From a virus, in IMG/VR virus record IMGVR_UViG_3300044617_001156: DNA of 64,000 nt; one strand, given 5' to 3'. Below are positions 18,225 to 25,664 of the stretch, in pieces (position 1 is the first letter of the stretch; each line of letters opens with the position of its first letter). A program made the position numbers and the translations under genes. A model generated the notes under the pieces. That model was not told the origin of the DNA and searched no databases. It saw only the letters and a list, made by a program, of their open reading frames with translations.

Positions 18225-18253
18225 TGGGCCCTTGAAAGTGTCCCTATAATGTA
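18225..18253 (+). repeat. 29-bp GGGCCC boundary element, copy 5
   Basis: tgggcccttgaaagtgtccctataatgta. Confidence 0.95.
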
Positions 18254-18285
18254 ACCACCATTCCGTGTCGATCACGGCATATTAA

Positions 18286-19032
18286 ATGTTCAAAACTGAC
18301 GGTTCCGTTCATCATGGCGGAGTAAAAAATGAAAATCAAACTATTCAGATTCTCAATGAATTGAAAATCTATTCCAACATTGTTGAAAAACGTGGCGGAA
18401 CTACTCAAAAGGCAGATGCTGTCGCTGGTGATAAGAAAATCAGCATCAAACGGAAAGAAGGTATCGCAAATGGATCATTTGACTGGTTTAACACAAGCAA
18501 GTATAATGATGTCTTAGGTAACACTTTCGATACCTTTCTTTCAAACATGAAAGAGATGCGTTCCATGCCCAAAGATCTCATCAAAGATGATGAGTTCATC
18601 TTGAAAGTGCGGGACAATTTCAATCAACTGTGTGAGTTGTCTTTGGACACTCTGAGTAGCGACCAAATTATTGATATTTTACGTCGCGGTCTGATTGATG
18701 CAAATGATGATTTTGATGTTGTAATTACCGACACTAAAACCAATACTCTGTATGTTTTTGGTGCTGATCAACATCCTGCTGTTGGTTATATCAATCAAGG
18801 ATTTACTGCTGTTCTTCAAGGTAAGGGAAAATCATCCCGAAAAGTGTTGTTTTCTGATGGCATAAATCTTTATGACTGCGGTCTGCGTATTCGTGTTACC
18901 AGTAACAATGGTATCAATGCTTTTCTTGGTTTAAGTAAAGCAAACAAGAACTCTCAGGTTGTAATCAAACTCCAACAAGATAACGTCAAACAACTACTCA
19001 TCTCCACCGAAGCGAAGAACTATGACTATTGA
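18286..19032 (+). CDS. putative Type II restriction endonuclease (PD-(D/E)xK fold)
   Basis: NE...KAD...ISIK catalytic-like pattern; overlaps the downstream methyltransferase by 11 bp. Confidence 0.6.
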   Translation: MFKTDGSVHHGGVKNENQTIQILNELKIYSNIVEKRGGTTQKADAVAGDKKISIKRKEGIANGSFDWFNTSKYNDVLGNTFDTFLSNMKEMRSMPKDLIKDDEFILKVRDNFNQLCELSLDTLSSDQIIDILRRGLIDANDDFDVVITDTKTNTLYVFGADQHPAVGYINQGFTAVLQGKGKSSRKVLFSDGINLYDCGLRIRVTSNNGINAFLGLSKANKNSQVVIKLQQDNVKQLLISTEAKNYDY

Positions 19033-19984
19033 AATCCTACAGCAATCCGCAGAGAAAATGACTGAAATTCAACAGTCATTCGATCTTATCTACATGGATC
19101 CTCCGTTTGGATTGCAAAGGGATTTTAAGATGTTAGAGCAAGATGGTGAAGAAAAAGGATTCTCTGATAACTGGGAGTCCTTTGATGATTATATTTTATG
19201 GTATGCAGATATCATAAACAAGGCATGGGACAAATTGAATAAGGATGGGTGGATTTATCTGCACAACAACTTCATTGGTAACGCACTTGTTTTATCTCAT
19301 GTAGATCGAAAAGTGCGTGATGCCTTTTATACAAACATTTCATGGAAACGTTCTGGTCCAAAGAATAACATCAAGAACGGATGGGGTAACATTGTAGATT
19401 CAATTATGGTTCTCCGTAAGGGTAATCCATACTTTGAAGTTGAATATACAGACCTTGACTCAAAGTATGAGAAGAATAGCTTTAAGAACCAAGATGAAAA
19501 GGGATTCTATGCTCTCGCCAAAACTACAGGAGAAAAGAGTCGCCCTGGACGAATCTTTGACTATAAAGGTTACAAACCAGAGTATGGGTGGCGAGTAAGT
19601 GAAGACATGCTCAAAGAGATGGATGAGCATAACTTACTGCACTTTGGTAAGAATACAATCTACAAAAAGATTTACCTAGAAGATAGCAAAGGCGTCCCAG
19701 TTCAAAATCTATGGGATGATGTGTATTTCATCTCTCGCAGTGAATCGAACAAGCGTAAGTATCCAACACAAAAACCACTCAAACTATTGGAGAGGATTAT
19801 TAAGTCATCTTGCCCTGAAAATGGATGGGTTTTTGATCCTTTTGCTGGGTCTGGAACTACAGCAATCGCATCGCAACTTCTTGGAAGAAACTGTATCACA
19901 TGCGACATCAATCCACAGTCAATACAATTAGTGACTGAAGCAATCAAAGAAACAGAAAATCCTCTCATTTCTGCAATGAATTGA
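19022..19984 (+). CDS. amino (N6-adenine/N4-cytosine) DNA methyltransferase, beta class
   Basis: DLIYMDPPF (motif IV), then YPTQKP and DPFAGSGTT (motif I). Confidence 0.93.
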   Translation: MTIEILQQSAEKMTEIQQSFDLIYMDPPFGLQRDFKMLEQDGEEKGFSDNWESFDDYILWYADIINKAWDKLNKDGWIYLHNNFIGNALVLSHVDRKVRDAFYTNISWKRSGPKNNIKNGWGNIVDSIMVLRKGNPYFEVEYTDLDSKYEKNSFKNQDEKGFYALAKTTGEKSRPGRIFDYKGYKPEYGWRVSEDMLKEMDEHNLLHFGKNTIYKKIYLEDSKGVPVQNLWDDVYFISRSESNKRKYPTQKPLKLLERIIKSSCPENGWVFDPFAGSGTTAIASQLLGRNCITCDINPQSIQLVTEAIKETENPLISAMN

Positions 19985-19986
19985 AC

Positions 19987-20015
19987 TGGGCCCCTGAAAG
20001 TGTACCAGTAGTGTA
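19987..20015 (+). repeat. 29-bp GGGCCC boundary element, copy 6
   Basis: tgggcccctgaaagtgtaccagtagtgta, 2 nt after MTase stop. Confidence 0.95.
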
Positions 20016-20030
20016 GTTCACACGGTCCGC

Positions 20031-20276
20031 ATGACCCGCACCCGTAAGCAAACCGCAAATGTTGCTGCTGAAGTGAAAGTGCCTGAGGTTCTCATCACTC
20101 GTCAGCAATACATTCAAGACATTAAGGTTCGCTGGGAAATCCATCAGTATGAAGTCAACAAACTTCGTGAAGATGTAACCAAGTTCAGTCAAACTGTTTC
20201 TCCTTATGTGAAGCAAATGATTGACTACACGACCGAAAAGTATCAACAACTGTTCGCTCGTCGTCTGACTGCTTGA
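20031..20276 (+). CDS. hypothetical protein
   Basis: Single-gene unit between elements 6 and 7. Confidence 0.7.
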   Translation: MTRTRKQTANVAAEVKVPEVLITRQQYIQDIKVRWEIHQYEVNKLREDVTKFSQTVSPYVKQMIDYTTEKYQQLFARRLTA

Positions 20277-20285
20277 TGATACACC

Positions 20286-20312
20286 AAGGCACCATCACTA
20301 GGTGCCTTTTTT
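20286..20312 (+). terminator. rho-independent terminator
   Basis: aaggcacc...ggtgcctt followed by T run. Confidence 0.85.
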
Positions 20313-20326
20313 ATTGAAAATGTTAG

Positions 20327-20355
20327 TGGGCCCTGTAAAGTGTCCTAGTATTATG
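20327..20355 (+). repeat. 29-bp GGGCCC boundary element, copy 7
   Basis: tgggccctgtaaagtgtcctagtattATG; last 3 nt are the next start codon. Confidence 0.95.
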
Positions 20356-21249
20356 AAGAACACCCATCTCAATCATCCCGAAGATCAGATTCTTACAGGT
20401 GATCTATCTGTGCTGGATTGGATGTATGAATCTGATAGTTTCATCTCCACAAAAATTGATGGTGCTCCGGCTGTAGTGTTTGGAACTGACCCTGAGACTG
20501 GTAAGTTCTTCTGTGGGACAAAATCAGTTTTTAACAAGAAGAAAATCAAGGTAAATTACAGCATTGAAGACATTCTCCGTAATCACGGTAACACTCCTCG
20601 CGTTGCAGAGATTCTTATTGCCTGCTTCAACAATTTCCCCAGGATTGATAACATCATTCAAGGTGATTTCATCGGATACGGTGGAAACAGCACTTATCGC
20701 CCCAACACTATCACCTATCACTTTCCTAGTGTAGTCAAAGAAGCAATCATCTTTGCTCCTCATACGACCTATTCTGGTACAAATCTTCGTGAATGTGTTG
20801 CATCCTTTGGTGCATCAGTTCCTGAGTGTGAGAATGTGAAATGGGTGCAACCTGATGCATCTATCTGTCCTTATCGTGAGGATATTGAAGATGTGTGTAA
20901 GTTTGCAAAGCAAATGAGCACACTGTGTGAGTTCGTGAATGATAAGCAAGCAACAGAACTCAAGAAAATCATCAATTCTTACATCCGTGAGGGTAAGGAG
21001 GTTGACGAACATGAAATTGCAGAAAATTATGATGTTGATATCAACCTGCTGCGACTTCACAAACTCGTTGCATCAATCAAGACCGATTTGTTCTTCTTCA
21101 TCTCTGATGACGATAGCATCTCCTGTGAGATTGATGGTAAAGAGTCTGCGCATGAAGGGTATGTAATGACGAATCGTTTTGGAACATACAAGATTGTTGA
21201 CCGCACTCAATTCAGCCGTGCTAACTTTACACTTCAAAAGAACTGGTAA
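20353..21249 (+). CDS. conserved T4-type protein with ligase-like nucleotidyltransferase motifs (DUF6267-like)
   Basis: MKNTHLNHPED N-terminus; TKIDGAP, IQGDF, HEGYV, YKIVDR. Confidence 0.6.
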   Translation: MKNTHLNHPEDQILTGDLSVLDWMYESDSFISTKIDGAPAVVFGTDPETGKFFCGTKSVFNKKKIKVNYSIEDILRNHGNTPRVAEILIACFNNFPRIDNIIQGDFIGYGGNSTYRPNTITYHFPSVVKEAIIFAPHTTYSGTNLRECVASFGASVPECENVKWVQPDASICPYREDIEDVCKFAKQMSTLCEFVNDKQATELKKIINSYIREGKEVDEHEIAENYDVDINLLRLHKLVASIKTDLFFFISDDDSISCEIDGKESAHEGYVMTNRFGTYKIVDRTQFSRANFTLQKNW

Positions 21250-21256
21250 TGATTAG

Positions 21257-21285
21257 TGGGCCCTTGGAAGTGTCCTAGTAGTATG
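21257..21285 (+). repeat. 29-bp GGGCCC boundary element, copy 8
   Basis: tgggcccttggaagtgtcctagtagtATG. Confidence 0.95.
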
Positions 21286-21441
21286 AGAACCACACACCGA
21301 TTCCAAAGTTTCAAAGAAGCACTCAACTTTCTGATGAGTGAGTTTCAAATGAGCAATCAGCAAGCAACTCACTTCATCTGGGACAATCAGTTCACTATGG
21401 GAACTGACCGTGCTATTTGGATTACTGAACCTACCAACTGA
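21283..21441 (+). CDS. hypothetical protein
   Basis: ATG inside element 8. Confidence 0.6.
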   Translation: MRTTHRFQSFKEALNFLMSEFQMSNQQATHFIWDNQFTMGTDRAIWITEPTN

Positions 21442-21443
21442 TT

Positions 21444-21797
21444 ATGACTACTACCATCACTGAATACGCTGCACAGAAAGATGCACAAAACACAATCTAT
21501 CTTAACATTGTTAAGTATGGTCTGATGCTATGTGATGCTCTCGGTCACGATGCGCCTGATAATTACTTCTATGAACTGGATAGTTCTGGTCGTAAGTATC
21601 ACAGAATCTGGATGTATATTGGAGACCGTCGTGATAGTATTCATGCTTTCATTGATAAGCAAACTGGTTCAGTATTGAAACCTGCAAGTGTAAAAGCGCC
21701 AGCTAAGGGTGAGAGGTACAACCTCCTCTCTATTCCTTCCCGTGAGAAGTGTTTTGAAAGTGCTGATGCTTTTGGTGGTTATCTGTACGCACGATGA
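21444..21797 (+). CDS. conserved phage hypothetical protein
   Basis: GRKYHRI...IHAFIDKQTG.VLKPASVKAPAKGERYNL. Confidence 0.75.
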   Translation: MTTTITEYAAQKDAQNTIYLNIVKYGLMLCDALGHDAPDNYFYELDSSGRKYHRIWMYIGDRRDSIHAFIDKQTGSVLKPASVKAPAKGERYNLLSIPSREKCFESADAFGGYLYAR

Positions 21798-22057
21798 CTT
21801 ACTCTAACCTTTCAAAGATTCGTCCGAAACTGAGAACATCAGGTAATGTAACAGGTAACTTCGGCCGCCCAAAATCAAAAGCAGGTTCATCACTGAATGA
21901 GATTGGAATGAGTACTAAAGAAAGCATTAAATGTGCTACACAGGATGAGTATCTGAATCGTCTTTATTCTGCATTTGATAATACTGATGATGCAAAGTTA
22001 AAAAAGTTTCTGTATCAAGAGATTCGTAAGATTCTTATCACACAAGGAAAGTGGTGA
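21794..22057 (+). CDS. hypothetical protein
   Basis: ATGA overlap; SNLSKIRPKLRTSG. Confidence 0.7.
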   Translation: MTYSNLSKIRPKLRTSGNVTGNFGRPKSKAGSSLNEIGMSTKESIKCATQDEYLNRLYSAFDNTDDAKLKKFLYQEIRKILITQGKW

Positions 22058-22064
22058 GAAATAG

Positions 22065-22093
22065 TGGGCCCTTGAAAGTGTCCTAGTAGTATG
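22065..22093 (+). repeat. 29-bp GGGCCC boundary element, copy 9
   Basis: tgggcccttgaaagtgtcctagtagtATG. Confidence 0.95.
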
Positions 22094-22339
22094 AACAACA
22101 CTACCGACCGCAAGTTTCACAACATTTCCCTTGAAGATCGTGAAATGTTTGCTTACAACAACTATCAAGAGCGTAAGAAACAGCAACTCGCTGCAGTTGC
22201 ACCTGAACTGCGTATCAAATACTGCTTCGAGTTTCTGAAAGGTTACGTCGCTGAAGGTGATACTGAGATGGCAAAGCGTTGCTATGATGGTATTGCTAAG
22301 TACAGCGAAGTTCTTGACTATTCCGAAGCACACTTCTGA
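22091..22339 (+). CDS. hypothetical protein
   Basis: ATG inside element 9. Confidence 0.7.
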   Translation: MNNTTDRKFHNISLEDREMFAYNNYQERKKQQLAAVAPELRIKYCFEFLKGYVAEGDTEMAKRCYDGIAKYSEVLDYSEAHF

Positions 22340-22440
22340 TTCACAATGACTGGTGGCATTATCTTCCTGATCGCTTATGCAATGGGCGCAGGACATGTTT
22401 TTCTGATTCGTTATCTCTCACGTAAAGGTATTATTTGATT

Positions 22441-22584
22441 ATGAAATACGAAGTCACTTTATACGTTTCTGGACGTAACTTCAAGGACATTGTAATTGCT
22501 AATTCACCAACAGATGCAAGAGTTACAGCTGAAGCACGCAATCCTACAGCACGTGTTGTAGCAGTCAACGGAACGTTTAAGTAA
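22441..22584 (+). CDS. small hypothetical cyanophage protein (47 aa)
   Basis: MKYEVTLYVSGRNFKDIVIANSPTDARVTAEARNPTARVVAVNGTFK*. Confidence 0.65.
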   Translation: MKYEVTLYVSGRNFKDIVIANSPTDARVTAEARNPTARVVAVNGTFK

Positions 22585-22585
22585 C

Positions 22586-22614
22586 TGGGCCCCCGAAACT
22601 GTACCAGTAGTAAC
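22586..22614 (+). repeat. 29-bp GGGCCC boundary element, copy 10
   Basis: tgggcccccgaaactgtaccagtagtaac, 1 nt after stop. Confidence 0.9.
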
Positions 22615-22629
22615 ACCACACATCAAACC

Positions 22630-22827
22630 ATGAACTACTACAAAATCACTGAAATTGACTTTGACTTTGGCGGTGAAGATATCACTCAAGAAGAGATTGA
22701 TACTATCGTCACTGAAACAAAAGGTTGTCTCTGGACTTCACCAACTGAAGAAGATCTAGCAGACATCATCTCAAACAACACTGGTTGGTGCATTAACTCT
22801 CTGTCCTATGATGTGATTGCTGCCTGA
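22630..22827 (+). CDS. acidic hypothetical protein
   Basis: ITEIDFDF...EEDLADIISNNTGWCINSLSY. Confidence 0.7.
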   Translation: MNYYKITEIDFDFGGEDITQEEIDTIVTETKGCLWTSPTEEDLADIISNNTGWCINSLSYDVIAA

Positions 22828-22967
22828 TGATTGAAACTGATTTCTTTATTCTCACTCATGATCAATACCATCAATTCAATTCTGAAGCATCAGAACTTGG
22901 TTTAAGTATTGATTATTATCTCAGTGAGTTTATGGACATTGATGGACCATGGGTCATCACTGATTAA
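22827..22967 (+). CDS. small acidic protein (46 aa)
   Basis: MIETDFFILTHDQYHQFNSEASELGLSIDYYLSEFMDIDGPWVITD*; TGATG coupling. Confidence 0.6.
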   Translation: MIETDFFILTHDQYHQFNSEASELGLSIDYYLSEFMDIDGPWVITD

Positions 22968-22970
22968 AAC

Positions 22971-22999
22971 TGGGCCCCTGAAACTGTACCAGTAGTATA
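22971..22999 (+). repeat. 29-bp GGGCCC boundary element, copy 11
   Basis: tgggcccctgaaactgtaccagtagtata. Confidence 0.95.
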
Positions 23000-23020
23000 A
23001 CCACTCACCACTGAAACCAA

Positions 23021-23338
23021 ATGACCCGCCTGATTGAACGCCAAATGAATGAAGCAATCCTGAAAGAAAAGGATTGGAAAAAGGATAACACTGAAGTTAT
23101 CAACTACAGCAACTGTTCTGATGTGTTTCTGTATGGTAATCTGATTGCTCGCATTGGCGAAACCTGGTTAGAGTTGTTCGATGGAGGTTATCAATCAGTA
23201 ACTACAAAGTCTCGGCTAAATGCTATTCTCGCTGCTCATGGTGCAGACAATGAGTATGTGTTTCAGAAGAAAGGTCAGTGGTTTGTTAACTACGAAGGCG
23301 GACCAATCCCCTTCTTCTCCGGTATGCGCCTGAACTGA
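23021..23338 (+). CDS. conserved phage hypothetical protein
   Basis: LYGNLIA...GGYQSVTTKSRLNAIL...VFQKKGQWFV. Confidence 0.75.
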   Translation: MTRLIERQMNEAILKEKDWKKDNTEVINYSNCSDVFLYGNLIARIGETWLELFDGGYQSVTTKSRLNAILAAHGADNEYVFQKKGQWFVNYEGGPIPFFSGMRLN

Positions 23339-23692
23339 ATGTTGTTTAATCTAGTTCTGTTCTCATCCATCATTGTTCGCTATCACTTTCACCACTGATG
23401 ATTGAACTCCTCATTGCATCAACATTCGCTACCGCTCTGTCTTCGACTATCATCGGACAATCACTCATTGGACCTAATCTTCTTCGGACTGATTATCTCA
23501 CTGACCAAAATCAAATCATCACGATTCAAGAGACAATCACAGAACTCCCAGAAGACCAACCGTGTAACCTATGACTAAGTTTCTCATTGGAACAATCACA
23601 GGTATTATACTCTCAACAGTAGGATTCCAAGGGTTAGCAAACCTAGGTAATCGTACTATCACAACCATCGAATCATTCGCTCAATCACAACA

Positions 23693-23881
23693 ATGAACAA
23701 CGATCAAAAGGATTCAATGCTTGCAAACATCCTAGAGCAAGTACAACAACAAATCGTTAATCTAGTAGAGAACGATCTAATCGAAGAGTCTTACTCTCTA
23801 TACAAAGAATGGGAAGAACATTTCAACAATAATATCACTGAACTAGAAATCATTACTATCAATGATCTGACTGCTATTTGA
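23693..23881 (+). CDS. hypothetical protein
   Basis: ORF track. Confidence 0.6.
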   Translation: MNNDQKDSMLANILEQVQQQIVNLVENDLIEESYSLYKEWEEHFNNNITELEIITINDLTAI

Positions 23882-23976
23882 TAGTAACAAGAGGAAGGGA
23901 GTTTGCCTCATCTAAGTAAACAAAGTGACTTCTGTAAAGTAGAGATAATTCCTATTCATTTGGTGATGTGGATTAT

Positions 23977-24007
23977 AGAGAGGGGAGTGGTGTCCTCTCT
24001 CTTTTTT
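23977..24007 (+). terminator. rho-independent terminator
   Basis: agagagggga...tcctctctct plus T run. Confidence 0.75.
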
Positions 24008-24219
24008 ATTGTCTAAAAACCTTGTTTTAATGCTTAAATGTTAGGAAATCAATAAAAAAAGGCTATTTTAAATATATCTGAGTTTTCAACAGCCTTGTGG
24101 AAAAGTGTGTGGAATATGTGGAAAAATACCCTTATGAAGTCTTATAATACCCTTTAAAGCCTCATAGACCTTGTGATCTTACGTTGCGTCAGCCTAACAC
24201 ATAAGTTCTCACACGTCAA
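24001..24219. other. candidate replication origin (AT-rich tract, DnaA-box cluster, leftward promoter)
   Basis: TGTGGAAAA at 24096 and 24117, one-mismatch boxes at 24083 and 24108; AT-rich 24001-24078; - strand TTGACG-17-TAGGCT at 24219-24191. Confidence 0.5.
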
Positions 24220-24316
24220 CCCCCACTTTCCCGGAATATCATAAAATCCCCACACAACTCCCAGAATACTCTGAGACCCCTCTAAAATCGCCTGTAAGGA
24301 CACTAAATACCAACAC

Positions 24317-24345
24317 TTGACGTATGTCTCATTATCCCTTATAAT
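24317..24345 (+). promoter_or_regulatory. sigma70-type promoter
   Basis: TTGACG-17-TATAAT. Confidence 0.85.
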
Positions 24346-24377
24346 TGCCTCATACAACACATTCAAGGAGAACACTT

Positions 24378-24551
24378 ATGTCGGTTGCCTACAGTCAAGC
24401 ACAGAAGCAGCGTTATCGTATTACCCTTGACATTTCAGCATATCCTGATTTCGATCCACACAACATCAACTGGAATAAGTTATTTGAACTCGAAGGATCT
24501 GAGAACTGTGAGGCATATGTAGAAGACCTAAGTCGTCCTGATAAGTGGTGA
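24378..24551 (+). CDS. hypothetical cyanophage protein
   Basis: AAGGAG RBS; YRITLD...DFDPHNINWNKLFEL. Confidence 0.75.
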   Translation: MSVAYSQAQKQRYRITLDISAYPDFDPHNINWNKLFELEGSENCEAYVEDLSRPDKW

Positions 24552-24580
24552 TATAAGAGCATACAATAAGACTCCTTAAG

Positions 24581-24604
24581 AGACTCCTATAAGGGGTCTT
24601 TTTT
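24581..24604 (+). terminator. rho-independent terminator
   Basis: agactcct-ata-aggggtct plus T run. Confidence 0.65.
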
Positions 24605-24610
24605 AATGGC

Positions 24611-24639
24611 TTGACATACCTTACAGATCCTTGTATAAT
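24611..24639 (+). promoter_or_regulatory. perfect sigma70 consensus promoter
   Basis: TTGACA-17-TATAAT. Confidence 0.9.
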
Positions 24640-24723
24640 ATCTTTGTGGAGATTGATAAGTGCATTAAGAGCTTATACAATGAGCCTACCGAAGGTAATC
24701 ACGAACGTAGTGAGTGATTGAAT

Positions 24724-24752
24724 TGGGCCCCGTAAAGTGTACCGGTAGTATG
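24724..24752 (+). repeat. 29-bp GGGCCC boundary element, copy 12
   Basis: tgggccccgtaaagtgtaccggtagtATG. Confidence 0.95.
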
Positions 24753-25019
24753 ACCACCACACTCACACCAATGACTAACACTCTCCAAGCAAAAGTACAG
24801 GACACCACCTATAACGGTTGGACTAACTTCCAGACTTTCAATGTTGCACTCTGGATCAACAATGATGAGGGTCTATATGATATCGCCCGTGAGACAGGTT
24901 CCTATCAGGACTTCGTTGCATATATCAGTGAGTTCATGTTGCAAACTCCTGATGGTGTAAGGTTCAATGACCCCGCTGTGAATGTGATCGAACTGAATAG
25001 CGAAGTGTTCGATTTCTGA
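24750..25019 (+). CDS. conserved phage hypothetical protein
   Basis: TYNGWTNFQTFNVALWINNDEGLY...TPDGV. Confidence 0.75.
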   Translation: MTTTLTPMTNTLQAKVQDTTYNGWTNFQTFNVALWINNDEGLYDIARETGSYQDFVAYISEFMLQTPDGVRFNDPAVNVIELNSEVFDF

Positions 25020-25026
25020 TGATTAG

Positions 25027-25055
25027 TGGGCCACGTAAAGTGTCCTAGTAATGTA
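25027..25055 (+). repeat. 29-bp GGGCCC boundary element, copy 13
   Basis: tgggccacgtaaagtgtcctagtaatgta (GGGCCA variant). Confidence 0.9.
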
Positions 25056-25088
25056 AGCACCCAGTTCACTCCTAACTCACTCTTACTC

Positions 25089-25289
25089 ATGTTCAAAAAC
25101 GTCATCAATCAGGTCCGCACTTTTGGTTACACGATGAAGAATCCGATGCCCCGCAAAATCTTCTTCCTGTACCACTTTGCTCCCAAGCGTTATACTGAGT
25201 TCAAAGACCTGATGAATACTCTGCACGCGGATTATCGCCAAGGTCTTATCACTGAGGAGCAGATTGATAGTGCACTCCTTGCCTTCTGA
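25089..25289 (+). CDS. hypothetical protein
   Basis: ATG 25089 downstream of element 13. Confidence 0.65.
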   Translation: MFKNVINQVRTFGYTMKNPMPRKIFFLYHFAPKRYTEFKDLMNTLHADYRQGLITEEQIDSALLAF

Positions 25290-25341
25290 TTGTAGTCCTT
25301 AAGTCACACTCACTCATTCACCACTAATCAACACTCTCGTC

Positions 25342-25587
25342 ATGAAAACCTCCACTAAGTATACCCTCAAACTCAACGATGAAGAGATGACTATGCTCCG
25401 TGATCTTGTGCGGATCGGTATGCGCTCGAAGTATTATCAGGAGTTTGTGAGTAAAGAATGTGACGACATCGATGAGGAAGATAATCAACTGAATGTGACG
25501 CTTGCTGTTACTCAATTCGTCAATCTTTGCCCACTCAGTCAAACCGAAAAAATGATGGATAAGTACATCTTCGAAGGCGTACAGTAA
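25342..25587 (+). CDS. hypothetical protein
   Basis: ORF track. Confidence 0.65.
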   Translation: MKTSTKYTLKLNDEEMTMLRDLVRIGMRSKYYQEFVSKECDDIDEEDNQLNVTLAVTQFVNLCPLSQTEKMMDKYIFEGVQ

Positions 25588-25664
25588 GGTACACAAAGAG
25601 GAATAAGATGCGCCTCTATAAAGACACTCACCGTTCACACACTCACTAACAACGAACAACACAA

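Noticed and set aside
3208-25055. GGGCCC repeats as a CRISPR array
   Set aside because: Copies are 0.3-9 kb apart and separated by whole genes, not 30-40-nt spacers; no cas genes seen.
20302-25089. ORF-track N-terminal extensions reading GP.KC.S (20302, 21256, 24714, 25026)
   Set aside because: These are translations of the repeat element from upstream GTG codons, not a shared protein motif.
25597-25632. Bona fide preQ1-I riboswitch
   Set aside because: The stem and A-rich tail resemble it, but the loop does not match the aptamer consensus and no queuosine gene follows; kept only as a structural analogy.
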